A DNA stretch of 64,000 bases from the human T2T-CHM13v2.0 reference genome, Homo sapiens: NCBI RefSeq assembly GCF_009914755.1, contig NC_060929.1, one strand, 5' to 3'. Shown piece by piece: positions 50,431-63,825 of the stretch. The notes beneath the pieces are model-generated. The model had not been told where the DNA came from and made no database searches. It saw only the letters and a list, made by a program, of their open reading frames with translations. The position numbers were made by a program, and so were the translations under genes. Every line of letters starts with the position of its first letter. The stretch's first letter is position 1.

Positions 50431-51890
50431 TGATCCACCCGCCTCAGTCTCCCATAGTACTGGGATTACAGGAGTGAGCCACTGCACGGGCCTTGTTTCG
50501 TTTTTTTGAGACAAGGTCTGGCTGGAGTGCAGTGACACTATCTTTGCTCACTGGTGGCTTACAGGCATGAGCCACCATGCCCAGCTGTAGTTTTCAATAT
50601 ACAAGTGCTTCATCTCTTTGGTTAAGTTTTTTCCTAAGTATTTTATTCTTTGTGATGTTATTGTAAGTGAAATTATTTTAATTTTTTTTGGATTGTTTAT
50701 TGTTAATGTACAGGAATGCAACTGATTTTTGTATGTCGATTTTGTATCCTGCAATGTTGCTGATTTTATTAGTTCTGTTTTTTTGTAGAGTGTTTATCAT
50801 TTTCTAAGTGTAAGATTATATCATCTGTGAACAGATGCCTTCATCCTTTCCAATTTGGATGGCTTTTATTTCTTTTTCCTGCCTAATTGGTCCGGTAGAA
50901 CTTCCAGTACTCTACTGAACAGAAGTGGTGAAAACATGCATCCTTGTCTTGTTCCTGATCTTAGAAGAAAAGTTTTCAGTCTTTCACTATTTAATATGAT
51001 GCCAGGTGTGAGTTTTTCATATATGGGCTATATTGTGTTAGGTATTGCATTTTTGAAAGGAGTAGCTTTTTGCGGTCATTTTATTTAATTGTATAACCTT
51101 TAGTGAGTTACATTGGACAATATGACCGGGCATGTTTTTGATGGGAAACAGAATATGGAGCACATTTTTGGCTTAGGTAATATCATGGTCTGGAAGTTAA
51201 TGGGCTGCTCTAACCCGTATTAGAGTCTGCTGAGGCCAAAATATAAACTGTCCGCGAGACAGATCTACAAAAGAGCAGTGGCTGGTATTGAGGGAATAGA
51301 TTCATGAATGTAGAAGCCAGGAACGTTCTGGTACATGCCTGATCTCTTCTCCCAGGAGGAAGGGGGAGTTAGCTGTGCTCTGGCAGATTTTTGAGCTGAA
51401 AGGGTTGCACGACTGAAAATCTGGAAAATGTTTAGGGGAATCTCCATTTCCCTGGCCTCAGTTATATTCTAGAGTAACACTCCTGTTCTCTCTCCCACTC
51501 CTTATCCACTCACTCATCTCTATGAGAAGAGGACTAATTTGCTTGATTGGTGACTTAAGTACAAGGGCCTGGGCACCTTTGCTCAGTTCTTTCCCTGCCG
51601 TCTTCCACGATGTTTGCTTGGAGATCATTCTGGCCTTTGCCCTGCTCTGTGGCAAGCTCTGAAGCCTGCTTCACACACATGTTGGATGTCCAGGGATGCC
51701 TGTGGCCCAACAGGTAAGTCTGTATTTGTTCAGGGGTAAAATATTGGCAAGTCCTTCTAGATGCACCCTTAAACTATGTTTTCCCATCAGCTTGTTAACA
51801 ACACTGTCAGCTTTTGATTTATATCTGTCTGCCTCCATTTTCTTATTCCTCCATTGATTCCAGACTTAGGAAAGGCAGAAAAAAGTATTA

Positions 51891-52256
<366 letters not shown>

Positions 52257-52328
52257 TCAGAGAAATGTACATGGAAAGGTTTATTGATAAAACATATCTT
52301 ATTGTTAATTAAAAAAGTCAAGCTGTAA

Positions 52329-52475
52329 GCTGGGCATGGTGACTCCTGCCTGTAATTGCAGCAGTTTAGGAGGCTGAGGCAGGAGGATTGCTTGAGCCCA
52401 GAAGGTCAAGGCTGCAGTGAGCCATGATCATGCCTCAGCACTTTAGCCTGAATGACAGAGCATGATCCTGTTTAA
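52329..52475 (+). mobile_element. FRAM-like monomer followed by (TA)n
   Basis: TSD aaaaagtcaagctgtaa/aaaaaatcaagctgtaa. Confidence 0.8.
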
Positions 52476-53048
52476 AATATATATATATATTTATATATAT
52501 TTATATATAAAGAAAAAAATCAAGCTGTAAAAGAAAAAGAAGACAGATATAATATCATCCTATTTATGCTAATAAAAAGCTCCACAAACAATAAAACTCA
52601 ATATTTCTCTAGTACATTTATGTATGTGAAAACATATAGAAAGTTCAGGAATAACAATGGCTTCTGTATGTTGGATTTGAATTTTTAAAACAGTAGAATA
52701 TGTCTCTGTAATTTACAGTTAAAAATGAAAAAATCATGTGTGTGAGTAGAGTGTCTGACTAATGGATAGCCCCTTTTGAAGGTTCTGAGGTCTTTTTCTA
52801 TTATTTTCAGGTTATGAGTTGTGAGATTTTCCCTGATTGGGATTGTAGGAGAGGAGGGATGGATATGCCAGCCACGTGGAACCCAGGGCTGCAGGGTGAA
52901 TGAAAGCTCCTGCCCTGGGAGCAGATTCTGGGATCCATAATGAGGGCTGAGTGTTGGGCTAGAAAAGCAGACCCCGCATAGGATTGGGGAAGCTGGGCAG
53001 GCAGGATTGGGATTGAAGTTTGGGTGCCAGGCTGAATTTGGGAGTTGA

Positions 53049-53194
53049 TTTTTTTTTTTTTTTTTTTGTATTTTAGTAGAGACGGGGTTTCACCATTTTG
53101 CCGAGGCTGGTCCTGAACTCCTGAGCTCAGGCAATCCGCCTGCCTCGGCCTCCCAAAGTGCTATGATTACAGGCGTGAGCCACCGGGCCTGGCC
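53049..53194 (-). mobile_element. Alu left-arm-only insertion (Sg7-like)
   Basis: T run, then gtattttagtagagacgg...gagctcaggcaatcc...; flanks ggagttgatttt/gggcttgatttt. Confidence 0.85.
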
Positions 53195-53566
53195 GGGGCT
53201 TGATTTTTATTCACTGCTTTCTGTGACATGCACCGGTGGGTTGACTGGGTTTAATGTATAGAATTGGGCCAGAAAGAACTGTGCTTTTAAGCACAGCTGC
53301 TCAATGTCTGCATTTGTGAAGTATCAAAGTACCCAACTAATGTTTGACATGCATAGACTAAATCTGGGGATGCCACCAGAGCGAGGACACTATTACCTGT
53401 CACACAGTCCTGCTGCAGCTTCTTTACCTCACACGGTCCTGCTGCAGCTTCGAGGAGGACTCTGCACCTGCAGATCCTTAAAAAAGCTCTGTCTGGGTGT
53501 CCAATGGAAGAGCGGTGAAATGCAAGAATATAACAACTCTCAATTTTCTATCGTCCTTTACCTCCA

Positions 53567-53580
53567 CCACGAGAGGGCGC
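53567..53580 (+). promoter_or_regulatory. Candidate CTCF core motif
   Basis: CCACGAGAGGGCGC against CCACYAGRKGGCRS (1 mismatch) in non-repetitive DNA. Confidence 0.5.
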
Positions 53581-54327
53581 ATGGATTTCGGTCAGAGAAG
53601 TGACTTGGGCCTGGGCAGGAGGCCAGGCTGGGATAATTACTTCCAGGTGTGGGGGGCTCTGTGCCTCTTCCCAGAGGCCATAGAAATGAACCCTTCAATT
53701 GGCCAAATAGATTATGTCATTTTGACTATTGATTCTCCCCTACGGCTGCTGGTTCTAACCCAAGTTTATAACAGTCACTGCGTTAACAATTGCGTTTAAC
53801 TCTTGATTGTCCTAGCTTTCATTTGATAATTCTTTGAGCTGGCTGCTGCTTCTTTCTTAAGTGTTTACTTTCAGGCCACATCATCAGCCTTCTGCAAATA
53901 TGGCAAAAACTGAGTGGGAGAGGAGGGTATCATTTGTCCTCAGTTTTGTCACTAAAGACTACATCACAAAAAAGGCCCATCCCTTTGTAAACAGAAAGAA
54001 AAGAGAAAAATGGCACAGAAATTCCTAGAAGCAGCATTCCATCTTTTGTTTGTTGGTTTCATTTGTTTCGTTTTGAGGTTGTGAGCAGATGGCCCAGCTG
54101 CATCAATAACAGAGTCAGAGCTTACTAGAAAAGAGCGGAGATTTAAGAGAGTGGGTGATGCTAATAGCTCACCCCATCTCCCTTTGCACTATTTCTCCAA
54201 GTAAAGACTGCCTCCTGCCTGCATCTGAGCTGCTTGTAAAAATGCAGCTTTCTGGCCTGCATCCCAACCTAAGGAATCAGAATCTGGAATCCTGAATCTG
54301 CATTTTTAATAAGTTCCCTAGTTGATT

Positions 54328-54641
<314 letters not shown>

Positions 54642-54851
54642 TGATTTCTTATGACTATACATTACATTTGAGATTAGAGGTAAGCCTCCTGGGGCGAGGC
54701 AAGAGGGGAGATGTGACACCCAGGGATAATATTTCTGCACCAGGATTCAGGCAGGACCTTACCCCGAGACAAAGGTCACATAGCCCAGGAAGCTGCCCTG
54801 TGGAAAACAAAGCAGCCAGTAGCTGGGCCTGAGGATGGACAGGAGAGGCTG

Positions 54852-55012
54852 TGAAGCTACAGAAGCCGGATTCAGCCCCACTGGGAGCTACAGAAGCTGG
54901 ACTCAGCCCCACTGGGAGCTACAGAAGCTGGACTCAGCCCCACTGGGAGCTACAGAAGCTGGACTCAGCCCCACTGGGAGCTACAGGAGCTGGACTCAGC
55001 ACTGCTGGGAGC
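54852..55012 (+). repeat. 31-bp minisatellite, about 5.2 copies
   Basis: Unit GGGAGCTACAGAAGCTGGACTCAGCCCCACT; copies 2-4 identical (54883-54975). Confidence 0.95.
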
Positions 55013-55519
55013 CATCTAGATGGAGAAATGGAAACTCTGGAAGAGAATCTGAGGATTCCCTGCTCTTTGCCACTTAGAAACACCCAGAAACCCCAAGTGC
55101 AATGCCCAACAGTGTTGATTCTATCTGCAGAGCACCTCTGAAAAATTACTTTCCATAGTGCGGGAAAACTCCTTAGTCGCACTTCCTAGAGTTTCACCAA
55201 ATACAGCTTGATTCGTGTGGGATTTTTGTTTTGTTTTTAGATCTTCTTTTTAAGTGCAAATCCCCTTGGGAAAATGGAGCTCTTGTTCAGACCTTGGAGA
55301 AGATTTGCTTATTACCTCTCATTACATAGTTATGATCTTTTACCCTAAGAAGCAAATGAAACATTTTTGTTGAATTCAGAAAAAGAGGTAATTTTAGAGC
55401 CCAGGGAAGCTTAAGGGGTAGAAGAATGGGGATAGAATATTAATTCCACGCCAGATGTGGTGGCTCATGCCTGTAATCCCAGCACTTTGGGAGGCCGAGA
55501 CAGGAGGAACACTTCAGCC

Positions 55520-55905
55520 TGTTAACAGTGGCGTAATGGTGGGGGTCTGCAGCAACCTCAATTCTTGCCTCCCCAGAAGACAAAATTTGACCAAGGGGCA
55601 TAAGGCAGAAGGAGAGACTGAGGCAAGTGTTAGAGCAGGAGTGAAAGTTTATTAAAAAGCTTTAGAGCAGGAATGAAAGGAAGGAAAGTACACTTGGAAG
55701 AGGGTCAAGCAGGGGACTTCAGGGATCAAATACGTGGTTTGACCTTTTGACTTGGGGTTTTATATGTTGGCATACTTCTGGGGTCTTGCGTTACTTCTCC
55801 CCTGATTCTTCCTTTGGGGTGGGCTGTCCGCATGTGCAGCCGCCTGCCAGCACTTGGTAGGGGCTGCATGCACAGTGTGTTTACTGGAATTGTACACGTG
55901 CTCAC
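55520..55905 (-). mobile_element. MER50-like ERV1 LTR splitting an Alu monomer (55449-55519 and 56027-56067)
   Basis: ggtctgcagcaacctcaattcttgcctcc...agcaggagtgaaagtttattaaaaagc. Confidence 0.7.
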
Positions 55906-55952
55906 TTTGTGTCTCTATCTGTATCTCTCTTCATGTCTCTCTCTGTCTCTGC

Positions 55953-56012
<60 letters not shown>
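55953..56012 (+). repeat. (TCTA)n microsatellite
   Basis: About 15 perfect units. Confidence 0.95.
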
Positions 56013-56013
<1 letters not shown>

Positions 56014-56179
56014 CACATATGTATCTCCAGCCTGGGGAATATAGTAAAATCCTATCTCAAAAAAAAACAATGAACATGATGAGAGAGAGACAGAGTTGCA
56101 GAGACAGAGAGAGACATGAAGAGAGATACAGAGAGAAACAGAGACGCAAAGGGAGAGGGACAGAGACAGAGGCAGAGAC

Positions 56180-56596
56180 CTTATTGGCTCACGCCAATGT
56201 CAGGGCTGGCGAGTCTGAAATCTGCAGGGCAGGATGACAGGCTGGAAACCCAGGGAAGAGTTGATGTAGCCATAGTCCAAAGACAGTCTGGGGGCTGAAT
56301 TTCTTCCGCAGGATACCTCAGTCTTTTTCTCTTAATGCTTTTAACTGACTGGATGAGGCTCACCCACATTATGGGGAGTAATCTGTTTTACTCAAAGTCT
56401 ACAGATTTAAATGTTAAGGAAGGCATCCAAATGCCTTCACAACATTGATTTGGGGAGGCAAAGGTAATAAATATGAAATAAAGCAAAAGAAATTGAACAA
56501 GGACAAAATACCTTCACAGCAACATCTAGACTGATGTTTGACCAAAAACTAGGTACCATGGCCTTGCCAAGTTGACACATAAAATTAACTATCACA
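56180..56596 (-). mobile_element. MLT2 LTR
   Basis: agtctgaaatctgcagggcagg...gccaagttgacacataaaattaactatcaca. Confidence 0.75.
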
Positions 56597-57096
56597 GGCT
56601 CTTAATCTTCAACCTGGACAGGACACATCTGACTTCTGCTCATGGGTCATTGACTAAAGTATATCACATGGCCACATCTAACTTCAAGGGGGCAGAGAAA
56701 TGCAAATCCTACCATCTACCCAGAAGGAGAAGAGTCAGAACATTTGTGAACAGCCCTAATGTCCACCATAATCCTCATTTCACTAAGGCAGTGCAAGCAC
56801 ATTCTGAGTCAATTTGGCATCCCTTTCTTTCCCTGGGTTCCATCTATGGAGGTGGTAGGAGGACTCACATATGCCATGGCAGTAGATGATTCCTGGACCT
56901 GGTTCATTATCTATTCAGGTTGGCATGTCTTGAGACATCCATCTGTTTGCAGTTGTCTGCCTACCCCATTTCAGTTTACAGGGCTCCATGAGAGCCAGCC
57001 GCTGTTGTGGGTATATAAGCACCTTTCTGGGACAAGCAGGAATTATACTGTTCTTCCTGGGCCATCCTAGGACACAATAAATTATTTGAGGTTGGG

Positions 57097-57695
57097 GTGG
57101 TGGAGACTGCTAGTTGCCCCCAATGTCTGTTCTCTTCTTCTCTAGATATTATTATTACTTTTTTAGAGACAGGCTCTTGCTATGTTGCCCAGGCTGGACT
57201 CGAACTCCTGGGCTCAAGGGATCCTCCTGCCTCAGTCTTCCAAGTAGCTTGGATTACAGGTATACACCACTGTGCCTGGCTCAGAACACTCAATTTTTAG
57301 CTGGGCACACATCCAGAATAATGAATACAATTCCCAGACTTCTTTGCAGCTTGGTGGAGTCACGAGTCTAGAGTCTGGTCACTGGGATATAGGCGGTGGA
57401 GAATATATATATATAAAAATCATCCATTATGGGGCCTTAAAGGCCGAGAGTGGGCTTTTCTTCCTTATTTTCTTCTTCCTACTGTCTGGAGCATGGATGA
57501 GATGACTGGACTATGGGCAGTCATTTTGGAGAATGAGGAGACTTTGGGAATGGAGGTCATACATAGTGAAGCAAAACTTGGAAGGAGTGCTATAGCAACC
57601 CTCGATCAATCTGTCATGTGAAAGGCAAATTTACTTCCTACTTGTTTAAGCCACGTGCTTGATTTTCTGTCACTTGCCGAATGTAATGTAATTAT
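57097..57695 (+). mobile_element. Old MLT1 (H/I-like) LTR with inserted FLAM (57159-57280, -)
   Basis: gagactgctagttgcccc...ttcccagacttctttgcagct...cttgtttaagcca. Confidence 0.6.
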
Positions 57696-57719
57696 AGCAA
57701 AGCAAGAATTTCTGCACCT

Positions 57720-58491
<772 letters not shown>

Positions 58492-58630
58492 CTACTTGAA
58501 TCCTCGTGTATATCTTTGGCACTCTGTTTGCCGGCTCAGATGCCAACTGAAGAGAAAGTAGTCCTGAGGTGTCTACAGCTTGTCATTCATGTCACTCTTT
58601 GACCCTGCCCTGGACTTTGATGAAATGACT

Positions 58631-59112
58631 TGTCTTTATTTAGGTTCCCGCTGAAGTATCCTGAAATGAGGGTTTGAGTGCAAGTATGAATCGCTGATTC
58701 AGGAGATAATTGCAGGAAACTCCAATAGGGAATGGAGAATAAGATGGGGAGGTAAGGGAAGCCAGTAAAGTGTGCAGGTGAGTGAGCAAGCACCTTTCTC
58801 CCATGGGCAGCTGGAGCTCACTCCTGGGGAAAGCACTGGGAGTTGGGCAGGGTGTGCCTCAGAATGATTGCGAGCATCATCCTTCCTGAGGATCGAGGAC
58901 GTTGAGATCCATAACCACCAACTCTTTGTTGGCCAAAGGTTGCTTCTACAGGCGTTCACCCTCCAGCACTTCAGGATTGCCCCAGCTGCAGGCCAAGCAG
59001 CTTCCTGTGGCCAGAAAAGAGTCTTCAAGAGGATTTGTGGGTGTCAGATGTGAGCCGCCTTCAGAGTGTAGCCTTGAGTGTCAGGGGGATCTGGGCAGGG
59101 CACTCATCCATG
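58631..59112 (-). mobile_element. ERVL LTR (LTR16-like)
   Basis: taggttccc...gagggtttgagtgcaagta...gggaagccagtaaag...ggggatctgggcagggcac. Confidence 0.55.
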
Positions 59113-59159
59113 CCGGTTCTCCTCTAATTTATTCTCCAGTGTGAAATCAATGTGATTAG

Positions 59160-59462
<303 letters not shown>

Positions 59463-59588
59463 TCAATGTGATTTGAGAAGGGGAAGAAAATCTCTCCTTC
59501 AAGAAGGAAATTCACTTTACATAAAGTGAAAAACGAAATAACTACTTAGAACTTCTGTTTTCCAGGTTCCGTACAGTAGGTTCTTTGC

Positions 59589-59762
59589 CGGGACTAGCTA
59601 CATAATTTTCAGGGCTCAGTGCAAAATAAAAAGATTTGGGCCCTTATTCGAAAATTATTAAGAATTTCAAGATATTGACTGTAAAATGTTAACTAAGTGC
59701 AGGGCCCTTCTCTGTACAGAAATGTGCAACTGTGCAGGTCACACACCCATGAAACCTACTGG
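59589..59762 (-). mobile_element. MER45A (hAT-Tip100)
   Basis: gctacataattt...cagtgcaaaat...aaaattattaagaatttcaag...gcaggtcacacacccatgaa. Confidence 0.75.
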
Positions 59763-60455
59763 ACTCCTGCTCTGGAGAATTGATAATACCTTGTAAATTG
59801 TAGGGTTCTTTGGAGGATCTGTTAGTCCCAGCTCAGTTTCCATCTTGGATCTTATGTTTCTCCCGTCGGCTTTCTTTCATAGATTTTATTCTCCCTCTGA
59901 TTTCTGACACTGAAAATCCAAGATTAGAGCTCTCTCAAAAGTGCCTCAGAGCCCGTCTTCCTGTTTTTGACATGAAACAGCCACTTTCCTGGATTAACTT
60001 CATGCTAGATGAAGTCATGCAATATGGTTAGTGTGGAAGACAGGGTTTTGTTGTTGTTGTTTTAAATTTGTTAGCTGTAATGAACTCATATGCTGCTCCA
60101 TAGGTCCCCGGCTGTCCTTTTTTTGTCTTCTGAGTTTTGTTCCGCCTTAGTCTAGGGGTTGAGGAAGCTGTTTAGGTCAGGCCCACAGAAATTCTGGCCA
60201 TGGGCTACTGCATGGTCCAAGTGAGAAATAATGGCAACTGGGATGGGGAAGAAGCCTTGGAGATAGAAAAGGGCTGATTCAAGAGAGAGGGAAAATGTAC
60301 AATCAATAGGAGTAGGTTGAATTGAATAAGAGAAACAAGGGTATCAAGGATTTCCAGCTTGAATAGAACATTGTTCCTCTTGTTCATGTGCTGGATCAAT
60401 GTTTAATGAATTTCCCCCATGTACCAGGCACTGTTAGACTGTTTCAGATATTTAA

Positions 60456-60774
<319 letters not shown>

Positions 60775-61399
60775 TGATCAGGTGATGGATCTTAAGACTC
60801 TCCCATGAGAGGGCTCCCACCCTATACCATGGGGGAAAGAATGTTGATGTCATGAAGCTTCTGTAAAAACCCAAGAGGACATGGATCAGTGAACTTCCGG
60901 GTAGCTGAGCTCCTGGAGGTTCCTGGAGGGTGGCGCTTAGGGAGGACATGGAAACTCTGCGCCGCTTCCCTAATATCTCACCCTGTGCATCTCTTCTCGT
61001 GTATCCTTTACTATATCCTTAATAATAAACCAGTAAATGTGTTTCCCTGAGTTCTATAAGCCGCTCCAGCAAATTTATTGAACCCATATAGGGGGGTCAT
61101 GGGAACCCCAACTTGAAGCTGGTCAGTAAGAGGTTCTGGAGGGCCGACCTTGCAACTGGTGTGTGTTAGTGGGGGTTCAGGAGGCAGTCTTAGGGACTGA
61201 GTCCTCAGCTTGTGGGATCTGACACCATCTCTGGGCAGACACGGTTGGAACTGAATGAGAAGACCCTCCCTGGTGTCCGTTGCTTGGTGTGTGGGGAAAA
61301 AGCCCCATATATTTGGTCACAGAAATCTTCTGTGTTGATGATTGTTGTGGTGTGAGAGTAGAGGAAAAACATGGTTTCAGGAGAGTTTTTCCCTACACA
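60775..61399 (+). mobile_element. MER21A-like LTR (3' part)
   Basis: ggaggttcctggagggtggcgc...taataaaccagtaaatgtgtttccctgagttct...ccctacaca. Confidence 0.75.
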
Positions 61400-61530
61400 G
61401 TTTGATACACTGAACGTCCCTAATTTTGGTGAACACCCTTAAAATTAGTGCTTTTGGGGGAAGAAGGGACTAGATTGATGAGTTTTTCAAGGAATAAAGA
61501 GAAGAAAAGAAGCTTAAGAAGCTTTTTCTT

Positions 61531-62138
61531 GGCCGAGCATGGTGGTCCCATGCCTGTAATCCCATCATTCTGGGAGGCAGAAGGATTCCTTGAGGCTAGG
61601 AGTTTGAGACCAGCCTAGCCAACAAAGCGAGACTGCCGCCTGCCCCCAATCTCTACAGCAAAAAAAAAAATTAGTGGGGTATGGTGGCGTGTGCCTGTAG
61701 TCCTAGCTAATTGGGAGGTTGCGGTGGGAAGAGTGCTTGAGCCCAGGAGTTTGAGGCTGCAGTGAGCTGTGATTGCATCACTGTATTCCCACCTGGGTGA
61801 CATGATGAGACCCCCGTCTCAAAAACAAACAGGCTGGGCGTGGCGGCTCACACCTGTAATCTCAGCACTTTGGGAAGCCAAAGCAGGTGGATCACTTGAG
61901 GTCAGGGGTTCAAACCAGCCTGGCCAACATGGTAAAACCCCATCCCTACTAAAAATACAAAAATTAGCTGGGTGTGGTGGCACGCACCTGTATTCCTAGC
62001 TACTGGGGAGGCTGAGGCATGAGAATGTCTTGAACCTGGGAGACAGAGGTTGCAGTGAGCCGAGATTGCACCATGCACTCCAGCCAGGGCAACAGAGTGA
62101 TACTCCATCTCAAACAAACAAACAACAACAACAACAAG
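61531..62138 (+). mobile_element. Tandem AluJ (61531-61830) and AluS (61832-62138)
   Basis: Shared TSD-like aagaagctttt/aagaatctttt. Confidence 0.9.
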
Positions 62139-62357
62139 AATCTTTTATTCATGGAACCCAATAGAAAAGGTGGAGAGACATAAAAAAAAAAATTAAATTC
62201 TACAGAGGTATCCACCTATGCCTGTGCCCAGTCTGTCATCCAGCAGTTTGGTTTCAGTGTTTAGTGATTACCTCTGTGTGTCTAAATACTATGTTTACAC
62301 TGCTTGCTATTTCCTGGTTTATCATCTTTAGACATTATCTCTTGACTTCCTCTTGTG

Positions 62358-62407
62358 AAAGATAAGGATTTAACTTGCTCACAAAGATAAGGATTTAACT
62401 TGCTCAC
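62358..62407 (+). repeat. Perfect 25-bp tandem duplication
   Basis: AAAGATAAGGATTTAACTTGCTCAC x2. Confidence 0.95.
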
Positions 62408-63250
62408 ACTCCTGTCCCAGTAAAGCTATATCATTATTTTTAGTTCCTCTACTGGTTTCTAACATTAAGTAATGGACTGGAATCTCTCTTGTTCTAGTGA
62501 TTTCAAGGAGTATCTTCTTCTCCCTTTATTGAAAGCAAAAAAAAAGCTTGCCTTTCCCTTCAACACAACTGTCCATCTTTTACTTCCCAATTTCCGACAT
62601 CTGTCATTTCACTTTCACCTCGTCAGGCTGATAAACTTTACATTCTGTTCTGTATCCACAGTTGACTCCACCATGCTTTGCCTGTAGAGCTGGATTCTAA
62701 AAGGCGAACATCTCCAGGGGAGGATGGGAGTGGGGATCGAGGTTTGGGGGTTTCTCTGAGAGAGGGCCTGACCTGAAGAGGCCACCTGGACAGGAATAAG
62801 GGGCTTTTCCTTAAAGGGTTTTGTTCAAGAACCCAGGAACTGGGTGGGAGCTGAGTCATTATCTGCAGATCAGTGGTCTTCACTGGTCCTTATCTGCCCC
62901 CAGGGGCTCAGCTGGCTCTGCTTCCCACTGACATCCCTTGAGAATGATCTCTTTAATAGTAGCCAGCATCTCCTTCAATGTCAGTGCAATCTGGTGACTC
63001 CCGTCCATCTCCAAACCTTTGCTCAACCCCTATATTACTTTTCCTATAAGGTTAACCCACACTTCATAACACCCTGTGACTTCAATAAACCCCAGAAAAG
63101 GAAGCTGTAACCTGGAACTCAGGGGGTGGAATCCCCCTACATTGGTCTTGGAGCTTGAGAGGGTGGAAAGGTACCAGCTTATGACTCCCCATCCACCCAC
63201 GCAGGATTGGAGCAGTGGCTCTCTAGACATTTGTCCCTCTGACACAGACC

Positions 63251-63584
63251 TTTCTTTCTTTTTCTTTCTTTCTTTTTCTTTCTTTCTTTCTTTTTTTTTT
63301 TTTTTGAGACAGAGTCTTGCTCTGTCACTCAGCTGGAGGGTAGTGGCACCATCTCGGCTCATTGCAACATTCTAGGTTCAAGCAATTCTTCTGCCTCAGC
63401 CTCCTGAGAAGCTGGGATTACAGGCACCTGCCACAATGCCCAGCTAATTTTTGTATTTTCTTAGCAGAGATGAGGTTTCACCTTGTTGGTCAGGCTGGTT
63501 TCCAACTCCTGAAACCTCAAGTGATCTACCTGCCTCAGCCTCCTTAAGTGTTGGGATTACAGGCGTGAGCCACTGTGCCCGGCC
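63251..63584 (-). mobile_element. AluS with (TTTC)n tail
   Basis: TSD cacagacctttc/cacagatctttc. Confidence 0.92.
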
Positions 63585-63825
63585 CACAGATCTTTCACTG
63601 AACTCTTTTTTTCCACCTCACTTCACCAACTGCCTCTCATACCTACAGAATTTTGGGAGGCCTTTCTCCTGGTATTGGACATGTTTTATGGCAGCTTTTG
63701 GCCAGATAATCTTTTAAAGATTGTTTGCTTAGCAGACATCTTTGGAAGCTAGAGATATGTCTCCCTTCGGGTCAGAGTTCAGTTTTGTTTCCTGACTACT
63801 GTTGTTGTAGGAAAAGGGGTCCTTG

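Noticed and set aside
54835-55182. Repetitive peptides or a CRISPR-like array at the 31-bp repeat
   Set aside because: Head-to-tail repeats with no unique spacers, no cas genes, a eukaryotic context, and a unit length that shifts frame.
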